In this document: piece after piece, positions 19,597-29,743 of the stretch
How positions within the stretch are numbered: position 1 is the first letter of the stretch
How the letters are laid out: every line of letters begins with the position of its first letter
Origin: Candidatus Doudnabacteria bacterium
Lineage (GTDB): Bacteria > Patescibacteriota > Doudnabacteria > UBA920 > O2-02-FULL-48-8
DNA length: 64,000 nucleotides
Direction: 5' to 3'
Assembly (NCBI GenBank): GCA_016182875.1
Contig: JACPFQ010000010.1
Location: forward strand, 1,268-65,267
Program-made: the position numbers and the translations under genes
The notes under the pieces: generated by a model
The model's database searches: none
What the model saw: the letters and a program-made list of their open reading frames with translations, nothing else
Told to the model about the DNA's origin: nothing

Positions 19597-19797
19597 ATGC
19601 CCGAGAAGTGGCGTGTGGTAGAAGTCGACCCAAATTGCGGCGCGGAAATCACGGGCCGAGACGCAGACAGTGAAGAAGACGCGCTCATGGCTGCCGGACT
19701 CATGAAAGGCTACCGGCTCATCAGGCGCCCGGACGGAAGCTGGTTTCAGTACGACCCGCCTGAGCCGAAGCCCGTGGACAGAGTTGATTGGTTCTAA
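19597..19797 (+). CDS. small hypothetical protein (island ORF)
   Basis: RBS GGGAGG followed by ATG; 66 aa. Confidence 0.4.
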   Translation: MPEKWRVVEVDPNCGAEITGRDADSEEDALMAAGLMKGYRLIRRPDGSWFQYDPPEPKPVDRVDWF

Positions 19798-19808
19798 AGG
19801 AGGGTGCC

Positions 19809-19997
19809 ATGACTTACGATCCGCAGGAGCTCCAGCGGCGGCACAACGAGACACAATGGCCTGGCGGCCATGATCCCGAAATTCGCGAATTCACGACGCA
19901 GCCGCGCCAACTGGAAAAAGCTGTTCGTGAAAAGCTCTCGCCCCGCCCGACCGGAAAGCGTGTTGAGCCCGGCGAACCAACCCATGGCGGAATCTAA
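19809..19997 (+). CDS. small hypothetical protein (island ORF)
   Basis: RBS AAGGAGG followed by ATG; 62 aa. Confidence 0.4.
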   Translation: MTYDPQELQRRHNETQWPGGHDPEIREFTTQPRQLEKAVREKLSPRPTGKRVEPGEPTHGGI

Positions 19998-20001
19998 AGC
20001 A

Positions 20002-20169
20002 ATGCTCACGAGTCCTGTTCCACTGGACCCCGGCAGACACGACGTGCCCATTCTGCCGCCGCCATTTCCAATAGATCCTAACTACCAGCCCGACAAACCT
20101 GTCTTGCCGGTAGTAGAAGAGGAGGAGCCCGAAGAGGACGGCGAAGATCCGGCCAGCGACGACGATTAG
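20002..20169 (+). CDS. small acidic Pro-rich protein (island ORF; start uncertain, alternative 19984)
   Basis: In-frame continuation; C-terminus EEEEPEEDGEDPASDDD. Confidence 0.3.
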   Translation: MLTSPVPLDPGRHDVPILPPPFPIDPNYQPDKPVLPVVEEEEPEEDGEDPASDDD

Positions 20170-20274
20170 TCAACCTGCGCTAACCGTCTTTTTTTATTTA
20201 AAGAGCCTTGTTCGCCCCAACGGCTCAAGTACTTGAGGCGTTAAAATACTTGCTTACGGGCCAGTAAGCAAGTC

Positions 20275-20302
20275 TACTGCAATACGTTCCCGTATTGCAG
20301 TA
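20275..20302. repeat. perfect palindrome tactgcaatacg-ttcc-cgtattgcagta (family member)
   Basis: Other copies at 30477-30504, 57758-57785 and 60105-60133; two further hairpins lie at 20224-20273. Confidence 0.7.
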
Positions 20303-20350
20303 TTAGGCAGCTATTCTAGTCAAAAAAAATAATCCGCTTAAGCCCAAAGC

Positions 20351-20749
20351 CTAAGCGGTGTGACCGACCTCGAGGTCGGCTATTGAGACAGGCCGAGTGC
20401 CCGGCTCTGCCCTTCCTCCAGCCTGCCACCGAACAACCGCCTTAAATGGCCGCGGAGGACGTCCGCCGTGTCTTCGCATGTCGCGAACTTCGTATCCGCT
20501 CAGAGCGTAGAGGTAAAGCACAGTGCCCGGATTGCCATACGCGCGTGAGCGGACCGTTTTGCCTACGTACTGCTCTTGAGCGGACTTGAGAATCGCGATA
20601 CGCTCGCTTTCGATAGTGCCGCCGGTGCCGTTGCCCATTTCAATGTAGCTAATCAGGCTTGCTGCTACCCGCAAAGTGGGCGGCACTTCGATACCACGCT
20701 CCCTGAGAAAATCGACCTGCCTGCCGATCGGAGGGGTCGGACGCTTCAT
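20351..20749 (-). CDS. hypothetical protein (132 aa), GC-rich
   Basis: Start MKRPTPP preceded by AGGGGGAAATGAG. Confidence 0.4.
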   Translation of the reverse strand: MKRPTPPIGRQVDFLRERGIEVPPTLRVAASLISYIEMGNGTGGTIESERIAILKSAQEQYVGKTVRSRAYGNPGTVLYLYALSGYEVRDMRRHGGRPPRPFKAVVRWQAGGRAEPGTRPVSIADLEVGHTA

Positions 20750-20790
20750 CTCATTTCCCCCTTTCATCCATAATGAAACATAATAGCACG

Positions 20791-20816
20791 AAAAGCAGGC
20801 TTTCGCCTGCTTTTCT
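20791..20816 (-). terminator. rho-independent terminator downstream of fusA
   Basis: Hairpin aagcaggc-tttc-gcctgctt with a T-run on the minus strand. Confidence 0.55.
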
Positions 20817-20917
20817 GTTAAGCGCGACGGGTGGCACGTTTGTTGGGGACCCCGACAGCGCGCAACGACAGTGAGCACTGGCGGGGTAACAAACGTGACA
20901 GGACCCGTCGCTCAAAG

Positions 20918-23044
20918 CTACTTGCCTACCTGTCCCACTCTTATCTTGCCAGTACCTTCAATTATTTTCTCGGCCACGTTTTTGGGCACTTCTTCGTAGT
21001 GATGGAACTCCATGGTATACGAGGCCTGGCCCTGGGACATGGACCGGATTTGCGTGGCGTAGCCGAACATCTCGGCCAAAGGCACTTCCGCGTCCACCAC
21101 CTTCACATTGCCCCGGTCGGACATTTCCAAAATCTTGCCGCGCTTGGCGTTCAAATCTCCGATTACATCGCCCAAAGAAGTTTCCGGGGTTATGACTTCC
21201 ACTTTCATGATTGGCTCAAGTAAAATCGGCTGAGCTCTCCTGACCGCGTCCTGGAACGCCATGGATCCGGCTATTTTGAAGGCTATTTCAGACGAGTCAA
21301 CTTCGTGGTAACTGCCGTCAGTCAAAGTAACCTTCCAGTCAATCACCGGGAAGCCGGCCAAAACACCTCGGTCAGCCGCCTCCCTGATTCCCTTTTCAAT
21401 CGGGTTTATATACTCTTTGGGAATCGTTCCGCCCACTATTTCATTGATGAACTCGGCTCCCTTGCCTGGCTCATTGGCCTCAAGATTGATTACGACGTGG
21501 CCATACTGGCCTCTACCTCCGGTCTGCCGGATATACTTGCCTTCCGCTTCAGACTTTCCTTTGATGGTTTCTTTATACGCAACCTGCGGCCGGCCGACGT
21601 TGGCCTCAACTTTGAACTCCCGCTTCATGCGGTCAACCAAAATTTCCAAATGCAATTCGCCCATGCCGGAAATCAAAGTCTGCTGGGTTTCTTCGTCAGA
21701 CTTTATTTTAAAGGTCGGGTCTTCTTCCGAAAGTTTCTGCAAAGCCAGACCCATTTTTTCCTGGTCAGCTTTGGTTTTCGGCTCGATTGCCACCGAAATC
21801 ACCGGTTCGGGGAATTTAATCGCCTCAAGAAGAATCGGATGCTCCAAATCGCAAAGCGTATCCCCGGTAAAAGTTTCTTTGGGGCCGACCAAGGCTGCGA
21901 TATCTCCGGCGAAAACTTCCTTGATGTCTTCACGCTCGTCGGCATGCATGCGGACCACGCGGCCGACCCGTTCTTTGTTGGTGCTGCGGGTATTTAAGAT
22001 ATAACTGCCCGCAGTAAGCGTGCCGGAATAAACGCGGAAGAAGGCCAGCTTTCCCACAAACGGGTCAGTGGCGATTTTGAACGCCAAAGCCGTGAACGGC
22101 TCTGAATCAGAAGGTTTGCGCACCAGTTCTTCTTTGGTTTTGGGATTGATGCCTTTGACATCCCCCCTATCAATCGGGCTTGGCAGAAAGTTGGCTACGG
22201 CATCAAGCAGGGTTTGCACAACAATACCTCGGCCATCGCCGCCCAACACCGGATAAAACTTGCCGGACTGCGTGGCTTTGCGGATGGCGGTCAGGAACTC
22301 CTGTTCATTCAACTCTTGGCCATTTAGATATTTTTCCATAAAAGCGTCGTCCGACTCAACAACCTTTTCCATAAGTTTGTGCCGCCAGGCTTTGGCTTTT
22401 TCCACTAAATCGTCCGGGATTTCGCCGACAGTAAATTCCTTGTCCGTGTATTGCTTGTAAATGTAAGATTTCATGGTCACCAAATCCACAACACCCGAGA
22501 CATCCTTTTCGAAGCCAATGGGAATTTGAATAGGGTGAGCGTGCGGAGAAAGTCTTCTGTGAATCGCATCCAATGATTTATAAAAATCCCCGCCGGTCTG
22601 GTTTATCTTATTAATAAAGCACATGCGGGGAACATGATATTTATCTGCTTGTCTCCAGACTGTTTCGGATTGGGGTTCCACTCCCATTTTGCCGTCAAAG
22701 ATAACGACCGCGCCGTCGAGCACGCGCAAGGAGCGTTCGACTTCGACTGTAAAGTCCACATGCCCTGGAGTGTCGATAATATTGATTTTATGTTTAGTCT
22801 CAGCGCCAAGCTTGATAAGCTTAGGCGTCCAATAGCAGGTCACCGCCGCAGCCGTAATGGTAATGCCGCGCTCGCGCTCCTGCTCCATCCAGTCCGTCAC
22901 CGTTTCTCCTTCGTGAACCGAGCCGATTTTATGAATGAGGCCAGTATTATACAAAATACCCTCAGTGACTGTGGTCTTGCCGGCATCTATATGCGCTATG
23001 ATGCCAATGTTGCGCGTTGATTCAATTGGATACTCGCGTGGCAT
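20918..23044 (-). CDS. fusA: elongation factor G
   Basis: Contains [17 protein letters not shown]; 708 aa. Start trimmed to MPREYP, which overlaps the rpsG stop. Confidence 0.95.
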   Translation of the reverse strand: MPREYPIESTRNIGIIAHIDAGKTTVTEGILYNTGLIHKIGSVHEGETVTDWMEQERERGITITAAAVTCYWTPKLIKLGAETKHKINIIDTPGHVDFTVEVERSLRVLDGAVVIFDGKMGVEPQSETVWRQADKYHVPRMCFINKINQTGGDFYKSLDAIHRRLSPHAHPIQIPIGFEKDVSGVVDLVTMKSYIYKQYTDKEFTVGEIPDDLVEKAKAWRHKLMEKVVESDDAFMEKYLNGQELNEQEFLTAIRKATQSGKFYPVLGGDGRGIVVQTLLDAVANFLPSPIDRGDVKGINPKTKEELVRKPSDSEPFTALAFKIATDPFVGKLAFFRVYSGTLTAGSYILNTRSTNKERVGRVVRMHADEREDIKEVFAGDIAALVGPKETFTGDTLCDLEHPILLEAIKFPEPVISVAIEPKTKADQEKMGLALQKLSEEDPTFKIKSDEETQQTLISGMGELHLEILVDRMKREFKVEANVGRPQVAYKETIKGKSEAEGKYIRQTGGRGQYGHVVINLEANEPGKGAEFINEIVGGTIPKEYINPIEKGIREAADRGVLAGFPVIDWKVTLTDGSYHEVDSSEIAFKIAGSMAFQDAVRRAQPILLEPIMKVEVITPETSLGDVIGDLNAKRGKILEMSDRGNVKVVDAEVPLAEMFGYATQIRSMSQGQASYTMEFHHYEEVPKNVAEKIIEGTGKIRVGQVGK

Positions 23045-23045
23045 A

Positions 23046-23543
23046 TTACCTTCTCTGGAACCTCGCAAAGTGCGCAAAGGCTTTGTTAGCCTCAGCCATC
23101 TTATGCGTGTCTTCGCGTTTCTTCATGGCAGTGCCTATTTTGTTATACGCGTCCATCAGTTCATCCGCGAGCTTGGCAGCCATGGGCCTGCCTTTTTTGG
23201 CGCGGGCCGCGGCAATCACCCACTTCATGCCCAGAGTCGTTCGGCGCGGTTCCGCTACTTCCATGGGCACCTGATAGTTGGCGCCCCCGATTCTCCGGCC
23301 TTTGACTTCCACCATAGGTGAAACGTTTTTTATGGCCTGCTCGAAAATTGCTTTCGGCTCTGCTTTCGGGTCGGACTTCATTTTGTCTTGAATCAAATCC
23401 AAGGCCGCATAAACAATCTTCTGGGCCACGGATTTTTTGCCGCGCTCCATGACGTAGTTTATAAACTTGGCGACTTTAAGACTGTTGTACTTGTAGTCCG
23501 ATGTCGCAGGATGTCGTTTGTAAGTTCTGGCTTTCCTAGGCAT
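23046..23543 (-). CDS. rpsG: ribosomal protein S7
   Basis: S7-like 165 aa in the str operon order. Confidence 0.9.
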   Translation of the reverse strand: MPRKARTYKRHPATSDYKYNSLKVAKFINYVMERGKKSVAQKIVYAALDLIQDKMKSDPKAEPKAIFEQAIKNVSPMVEVKGRRIGGANYQVPMEVAEPRRTTLGMKWVIAAARAKKGRPMAAKLADELMDAYNKIGTAMKKREDTHKMAEANKAFAHFARFQRR

Positions 23544-23632
23544 AGTGAGAATTTTGAATGATTATTTTTGAATTTTGATTCAAATTCGAATTTCAGAAAT
23601 TAGAATATTCATTCGAAATTCTAAAATCGAAA

Positions 23633-24046
23633 TTAGCTTTTCTTCGCTCCATATTTAGATCGTCCGCGCTTTCGCCCGTCCACGCCAGCCGTGTCCAGTT
23701 TTCCTCGAACTATGTGATACCGCACGCCTGGCAAATCTTTGACCCTGCCGCCGCGGATCATAACCACCGAGTGTTCTTGAAGATTATGGCCAATGCCTGG
23801 AATATAAGCCGTGACTTCCATGCCATTGGAAAGGCGAACCCTGGCAATCTTTCTGATTGCCGAATTTGGCTTTTTGGGAGTCGTGGTTGTGACTTTGATG
23901 CAGACCCCGCGCTTGAACGGACTGCCTTTGGCGAAAGTGTAAGGGCGGCCGGCGAGCAGGTTGAAACCGCGGTCCAGAGCCGGAGTTTTGGACTTGGCCC
24001 GAAGCGGGTGTCGTCCGTGTCGAACTAATTGATTAATGGTTGGCAT
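23633..24046 (-). CDS. rpsL: ribosomal protein S12
   Basis: Contains PTINQLVR...PKKPNSA. Confidence 0.95.
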   Translation of the reverse strand: MPTINQLVRHGRHPLRAKSKTPALDRGFNLLAGRPYTFAKGSPFKRGVCIKVTTTTPKKPNSAIRKIARVRLSNGMEVTAYIPGIGHNLQEHSVVMIRGGRVKDLPGVRYHIVRGKLDTAGVDGRKRGRSKYGAKKS

Positions 24047-24068
24047 AGTATTATCACTTCAGTTTAGA

Positions 24069-24196
24069 CTCCCCTCTCCTTCCAGGAGAGAAATTCTCTA
24101 CCTCACCAGCTGCCGAGAGCTGGTCGGGGGAGAGGTGGCTTAAGTTTGCCATGCCCACCCCACCCTTTAATCCCTCCCCTGGAAGGGGAGGGAAAT
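24069..24196. repeat. GC-rich multi-hairpin element upstream of rpsL
   Basis: ctctcc-ttcc-aggagag; cagctgccgagagctg; ccctcccc-tggaa-ggggaggg. Confidence 0.55.
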
Positions 24197-24293
24197 TATA
24201 ATTTGTTAAAAGTCTGAGCAAATAAAAACGGTCATAAGACCGCGTGCAACTCTACGCAGGTTTCGAAACAAAGAATAACAATTTCCGCCAGCC

Positions 24294-24322
24294 TTGTCAA
24301 ATGGCGGGGCTTATGGTATGAT
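24294..24322 (+). promoter_or_regulatory. sigma70-like promoter TTGTCA-17-TATGAT on plus strand
   Basis: Near-consensus hexamers with a 17-nt spacer. Confidence 0.35.
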
Positions 24323-24486
24323 ATCGGGTCGACAATTTAAGGAGGGTCGACAATCGTTCTTTCCACCACCTCGCCGTTGGCGGGGTATTATCAACCTGGC
24401 TAAAACTAGCTAAAAGCCATATCACTACCCGCGTATGCTCTACCGACTGTACCCGTAGGCAACAGCATTCCGCACAAGGACCACGC

Positions 24487-24660
24487 ATGACTAAGGATCT
24501 CTTGATCGCAACAACGGTCATCCCCCTGGTGGTGTGGGGCTACCCCGTGGTCATGGGGCCACCGCACAATTGGGCTGACGGACTCGTTCTTGGAGGCTTG
24601 CTTGCGGCCCTGTACTGGGCGTGGGCAAGGTTAGGACGACAATCCGCTCAAGGAGGATAA
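24487..24660 (+). CDS. small hydrophobic protein (57 aa), speculative
   Basis: ATG ORF downstream of the promoter above; two hydrophobic segments; weak RBS. Confidence 0.25.
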   Translation: MTKDLLIATTVIPLVVWGYPVVMGPPHNWADGLVLGGLLAALYWAWARLGRQSAQGG

Positions 24661-24797
24661 GCGCAGCTAGATAGCAGGCGCCGGGGTGAGGACCGCAAGT
24701 CCCACTCCCGCGCCGATTTTTTTATTTTGCGAAGCAAAAATAGAATCACGACTTATAAAATGCTATAGCATATTTTAAGTCCAAAGCACTTAAATAA

Positions 24798-25442
24798 TTA
24801 AAAACCCGAAGTTACATCTGTACCCAGAAACAACCTCAGCAAGAAAAAGACAGGGGGCAGAAGCACTGTCTGCAGAAGCCCGGAAAACATAAAAAGAATA
24901 ATTAAAATGAACCCGAACCGCTCCAAAGCCAAAATAGAGTACATCCAATTGCGGTCAATGAAACCAAAAATGCTGGCTAAAACCTTGGAACCATCCAGCG
25001 GCGGAATGGGAATCATGTTAAACACTCCCAAGACGATATTTAATAAAACCGTTTGAACCAATAATTTCTCACCCATTGCCGAAAGGTTCGGGCTTAGGCG
25101 AAAAACTTGGGCGGCGAGAAATGCCAGGGCAATGTTGGTTAAAGGGCCGGCTAGTGCGATTAAAAACATATCGCGCCTGAGGTTGCGCAGATTTCGGTAA
25201 TCAATCGGGACCGGTTTGGCCGCGCCAAACACAAATTGTCCCGCGGTTGCCCAATACAGAAACATGGGCAGCAAGATAGACCCGAAGAGGTCAATGTGCG
25301 GAATGGGATTAAGCGTGAGCCGTCCAGCATAACGCGCAGTCGGGTCGCCAAGTTTTTCAGCCACCAACCCATGCGCCACTTCGTGGAAGATGACGGAAAA
25401 CAAAAGAATAAAGATAAAGACAATTATGCTTAGCGGGTCCAT
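24798..25442 (-). CDS. M50-family (site-2 protease-like) zinc metalloprotease
   Basis: HEVAHG HExxH motif in a TM helix plus a downstream LDG motif. Start trimmed to MDPLSII. Confidence 0.7.
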   Translation of the reverse strand: MDPLSIIVFIFILLFSVIFHEVAHGLVAEKLGDPTARYAGRLTLNPIPHIDLFGSILLPMFLYWATAGQFVFGAAKPVPIDYRNLRNLRRDMFLIALAGPLTNIALAFLAAQVFRLSPNLSAMGEKLLVQTVLLNIVLGVFNMIPIPPLDGSKVLASIFGFIDRNWMYSILALERFGFILIILFMFSGLLQTVLLPPVFFLLRLFLGTDVTSGF

Positions 25443-25616
25443 TGCTTTGTTGGAAACGTAACCCTGAACTTGATTCAGGGTCTCGTCTTGAGCAGGCAAT
25501 ACCTCACCGGCCGCCGGGGGCTGTTCCTGATTTTCGTCAGGATTACGATAATGCTCTTGCTTAATGACAAAAACTCTGCTAATATATCCTAGCGTCAAAT
25601 TAATTCTTTCACAACT

Positions 25617-25832
25617 ATGCGAAAATGCAATATCTGCGGCAAAGGCTATATGAATACGGTGAGACGCTCACACTCGATGCAGGCCAACAAAGTTCGGCTC
25701 TATCCGAATTTGCAATGGCTCAAACTCCCACACGGACAGCGAATCAAGGCCTGCACCAAGTGCATGAAAACCTATCACCGGAAGATGGTGGTCGCCGCAC
25801 CCGCCTTCGCTGAAGCTTCGGCGGGCAAGTAA
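25617..25832 (+). CDS. rpmB: ribosomal protein L28
   Basis: Contains RKCNICGK...RRSHSMQANKVRLYPNLQ, which is L28-like. Confidence 0.65.
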   Translation: MRKCNICGKGYMNTVRRSHSMQANKVRLYPNLQWLKLPHGQRIKACTKCMKTYHRKMVVAAPAFAEASAGK

Positions 25833-25868
25833 AAATCTCTAGGAATACTAGAGATTTTTTGTTTGTTT
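25833..25868 (+). terminator. rho-independent terminator after rpmB
   Basis: Hairpin aaatctctag-gaata-ctagagattt followed by tttttgtttgttt. Confidence 0.65.
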
Positions 25869-25968
25869 AACCCTCACCGCACCCCTGAACTTGATTCAGG
25901 GTCTCAAGATGAGATCCTGACTTTCGTCAGGATTGCGTGACTCATTTTTCTAGTGCCATAATATATTT

Positions 25969-27450
25969 ATGCTTTCATATCTTAGAAACCTCTCCATGTA
26001 CCGGCTGATGCTCTATTACCTGCGGGCCCTGATCGCCGCGGCCGTGGTCTTGAGCTTCTTCGAAATTCTGCCTTATACCTGGTGGCATATTTTGGCCATT
26101 CTTTTCTATTTGATTGCCGTGTGTTTCACTGCCAATCAAATTTTTGCCAGGCTCTTTAAGGTTAAAACCAACTACGAGTCCCAGTTCATCACGGCCGAAA
26201 TTTTAACTCTGATTATCGGTCCGTATTTTTCCATTCCGCTGCTTCTACCGCTCACAGTCGCGGGCGTTGCTGCCATGGCATCCAAATACATCTTCGTTTA
26301 TCAAAAGCGGCATATCTTCAACCCCGCAGCGGCCGGCGCTTTGGCCATGGCGCTTACTGCCCATGAAATTGCGAGCTGGTGGGTGGGCAATCTTTACCTT
26401 TTGCCGGTCATTGCCATTGGCGGAATTATTATGATGTGGAAGCTTCGCTGGTGGCACCTCTCCCTGACTTTTTTATTAAGTTATCTTATCCTGCTGCCGG
26501 TGAGTTTCATCAATCTGGCTTCACTTGAAAACTTAAAATATCCGTTTGCAACTATCATTTCTCCGCTGGCATTCTTCGCTTTTGTCATGCTCGTTGAACC
26601 CCTTACTGCTCCCGGGAGAAAAAAATTGCGGATAATTTATGGGCTTGGCACAGCATTTATCTTGGTTTTGTACCAGCGGTTCGTGTCGGCCCCCTATACT
26701 TTAGAGCTGGCTTTGCTTTCCGGCAACATCTTGGGGCGATTTTTAGATCCCAAACCCACGATCATCTTGAAGTTTCAGAAAAAACTGGAAGTCGCCAAGA
26801 ATATTTACGCTTTTTACTTCGAACCCCTCAAACAATTCAGATTTATTCCAGGCCAATTTTTGGAATGGCAGCTGCAGCATCCCCATGCAGACAGCCGAGG
26901 GACAAGGCGGTGGTTTACCATTTCCTCTTCTCCCACCCAGCCGGAAATCATTTTGACCACTAAGTTTGCAGAAAACGGGAGCACTTTTAAATCTGCGCTC
27001 AAACAGCTTTCACAAGGCGATGAGCTGACGGCCGTAGGCCCTGCCGGCGACTTTGTCTTGCCGCCTGACAAAAGCAGAAAACTGGCCTTTATAGCCGGCG
27101 GCATCGGCGTTACCCCGTTCGTCAGCATCATCAATGATCTTTTGGACACGAATCAGCTCCGCGACATAATTCTTCTGTACGCGGCCAAAACGGCGGATGA
27201 GTTCGCCTTCCAGAATGCCTTTAGTGAGGCCAAAAAAATCGGCGTCAATGCCGTTTATATCCCCACTGACGAGCAGGGCTTCATTACCCCCCAAACCATC
27301 AAGGAAAAAATTCTAGACTGGCCGGAAAGGTTGTTTTACGTTTCTGGCCCCGAACCGATGGTCGAAGCTTACGAGAAGATGCTCTCGTCCATGGGAATAA
27401 AAAATATCAAGCGCGATTACTTCCCGGGTTACGAAGAACCAATCAAATAG
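25969..27450 (+). CDS. membrane oxidoreductase: RnfD/NqrB-like N-terminal domain fused to FNR-type FAD/NAD(P)-binding domain
   Basis: FNPAAAG motif in a polytopic N-terminus. The C-terminus has RWFTISS (RxYS-like FAD site) and GGIGVTPF (NAD site). Confidence 0.5.
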   Translation: MLSYLRNLSMYRLMLYYLRALIAAAVVLSFFEILPYTWWHILAILFYLIAVCFTANQIFARLFKVKTNYESQFITAEILTLIIGPYFSIPLLLPLTVAGVAAMASKYIFVYQKRHIFNPAAAGALAMALTAHEIASWWVGNLYLLPVIAIGGIIMMWKLRWWHLSLTFLLSYLILLPVSFINLASLENLKYPFATIISPLAFFAFVMLVEPLTAPGRKKLRIIYGLGTAFILVLYQRFVSAPYTLELALLSGNILGRFLDPKPTIILKFQKKLEVAKNIYAFYFEPLKQFRFIPGQFLEWQLQHPHADSRGTRRWFTISSSPTQPEIILTTKFAENGSTFKSALKQLSQGDELTAVGPAGDFVLPPDKSRKLAFIAGGIGVTPFVSIINDLLDTNQLRDIILLYAAKTADEFAFQNAFSEAKKIGVNAVYIPTDEQGFITPQTIKEKILDWPERLFYVSGPEPMVEAYEKMLSSMGIKNIKRDYFPGYEEPIK

Positions 27451-29743
27451 CGGTAACCATTTCCTTGACCCAAATCGATTTGCTGGCCATAAACTCAAAG
27501 CAAGAATCCGCTGGCAGAGGAGGGCTGAACAAATAACCCTGGGCCCTGTCGCAGTGGTTTTTAATCAGGAACTCAAGCTGACGTTTGTTCTCGACTCCTT
27601 CGGCCACCGCCACTTTACCCAAATTATGAGCTAGTTGAATGATTGTTATGGCAATCGCGCGGTCATGCGCGTTATTGGGAATGCCAGCGACGAATGACCG
27701 GTCGATCTTTAAAACATCAATGTTGAATTGCTTGACGTAGCTCAGGGAAGAATAGCCGGTATTAAAGTCATCAATGGTGAAGTTAACTCCGATTCTTCCC
27801 AGCTCCTCCATAATGCGCCGCACCAAATCCGCTTCCGCAAGCAAAGTTCTTTCCGTCAGTTCCAATTCCAAAAGCTTGCTGGGCAGCCGGTATTTTTGCA
27901 GCCAACCCGAGATTTTTTGGCCCAAGTCAGTCTGGTTGAATTGGCGTGAAGATAAGTTCACGGCAACACCGACCGGCAAACCGCTTTTGTGCCATTCGGC
28001 AGTTTGGGCAATGGCTTTTTCCAAAGCATAGTCTCCTATTTCATCTATCATTCCCGTGACTTCGGCAAGCTCGATGAACTCAGAGGGCCTGACCAAGCCC
28101 ATGGTCGGATGCTGCCAGCGAAGCAAGGCTTCATTTTTTATTATTTTGCCGCCGGACAGCTCGATCTGCGGTTCAAAATAAACCAGCATCTCGCGATTTT
28201 GGATCGAGCGCCGCAGGGCATTTTCCATGGTCAATTGCTGGAAAGTCGTACTTGCCAGCGACTCAGTATAAAATTGAAAATTGTTCCGACCCAGGCCCTT
28301 GGCTCGATGGAGCGCTGCTTTGGCCGTATTAAGCAGGCTTGAAGCGTCAGCGGCATCATTCGGGAAGGAACTGATGCCAATGCTGGCCGTAACATGCAAT
28401 TCGTACCCGTCAATCACGAAGGGTTTTTTGAGGCTTTCCAAAATGTCTTCGGCGGTGTTCAGCGCATTTTGCCGCTCACTTGTTTCATTGACCAAAACCG
28501 CAAATTCATCGCCACCCGAACGAGCCATAAAAGAACCGATATCAATAACCGACCTTATCCTTGCCGCAACAAACTTAAGCAAATCCTCGGCCAAAATATG
28601 ACCAAGTGAATCGTTAATAGTCTTGAAACGGTCTAAATCAATGTTCAATAACGCATAAGACTGCTTAATTTTGCTTTCGGTCAAAAGTTTGCTCATGTGT
28701 TCAAAAAAATAGAAGCGGTTGGGAAGATCGGTTAAAGAATCATAATATATCCGATGCTGAGCCTGCGTTTGAGCCTCCTCTCCTTCTTCAATGCTTGCCG
28801 CCATAATGAGGCTGGTCATGCTAAACACAAAAAAATAGACCAAAAGTAAAATCAAATTTACTTCTAGCGAATCGTTACCAGTAAACGGTCCGCGGTGAGC
28901 AAAAGTTCCTATAACGGCAATGGTGGCAATCACAAAGTTGGCCGTCACAGCCCCGATTGGTCGAAGCCTCAACCCGGCCCAGACTATAAACGGAAGCATC
29001 AGGTAAGCGTAAGGCGAGATCGTCTCCGGTATACGCAGGAAAATTATACCTGCCGTCATAAGCAGCAGAAGAAAAAACAAACGGGCTTCCCAGAGCTTGG
29101 AAGCCAAAAAATTTCTCGATTCCCTATTTGCCCAAACCAATATCAGCGGAGCTACAAGCAGGATGCCGGCCATGTCACCCAGCCACCAGACCAGCCAAAT
29201 CCGGGCAAACTGCTCCCAGGCTATGATTTGCGAAATTGCCAGATTCAAAGTTCCTAAGATCGAACCGATAAGCGAGGATAAAAAGGCTCCAGCCACGACA
29301 AAAGCTATAACGTCACGAACTCGACCAAGGCCATTTTTGAAGCCTAATTTTTCTTTCAATAGGTAAGCGCCAGCAAGCCCCACGGCTGTATTGCTGACCG
29401 CGATTCCAACGGCAGTCAGGAAAGGTTCCCGCGCCATGACATTGGCGGCGAACGCTCCAATCAAAATACCCGGCCAAATTCGGTAGCCAAAAATCAAAAG
29501 GCCCGCAAGCGCAATCCCGCTTGGAGCCCAAATCGCGGTAACCTGCTCGGTCGATTGAGCCAGAGATAAGCCCAGCCTTGCGGTCAAAAAATAAATTATG
29601 GCCAAAATCAATATTCGCTTGAGCAAAATTCTTTGGTTCAGCGAATTTTTTAGCGAGTCATAGTGCAACAAAAAAAAGCGCCAGAAACGCACCCTCGAAA
29701 AAGGAAAAGTGAAATTATTCGGCAATACCCGCATATTTACCAC
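27443..29743 (-). CDS. MASE1-GGDEF-EAL c-di-GMP signalling protein
   Basis: Polytopic N-terminus, GGDEF (RSGGDEFAVL) and EAL (EALLRW...DDFNTGYSSL). Confidence 0.85.
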   Translation of the reverse strand: MVNMRVLPNNFTFPFSRVRFWRFFLLHYDSLKNSLNQRILLKRILILAIIYFLTARLGLSLAQSTEQVTAIWAPSGIALAGLLIFGYRIWPGILIGAFAANVMAREPFLTAVGIAVSNTAVGLAGAYLLKEKLGFKNGLGRVRDVIAFVVAGAFLSSLIGSILGTLNLAISQIIAWEQFARIWLVWWLGDMAGILLVAPLILVWANRESRNFLASKLWEARLFFLLLLMTAGIIFLRIPETISPYAYLMLPFIVWAGLRLRPIGAVTANFVIATIAVIGTFAHRGPFTGNDSLEVNLILLLVYFFVFSMTSLIMAASIEEGEEAQTQAQHRIYYDSLTDLPNRFYFFEHMSKLLTESKIKQSYALLNIDLDRFKTINDSLGHILAEDLLKFVAARIRSVIDIGSFMARSGGDEFAVLVNETSERQNALNTAEDILESLKKPFVIDGYELHVTASIGISSFPNDAADASSLLNTAKAALHRAKGLGRNNFQFYTESLASTTFQQLTMENALRRSIQNREMLVYFEPQIELSGGKIIKNEALLRWQHPTMGLVRPSEFIELAEVTGMIDEIGDYALEKAIAQTAEWHKSGLPVGVAVNLSSRQFNQTDLGQKISGWLQKYRLPSKLLELELTERTLLAEADLVRRIMEELGRIGVNFTIDDFNTGYSSLSYVKQFNIDVLKIDRSFVAGIPNNAHDRAIAITIIQLAHNLGKVAVAEGVENKRQLEFLIKNHCDRAQGYLFSPPLPADSCFEFMASKSIWVKEMVTAI

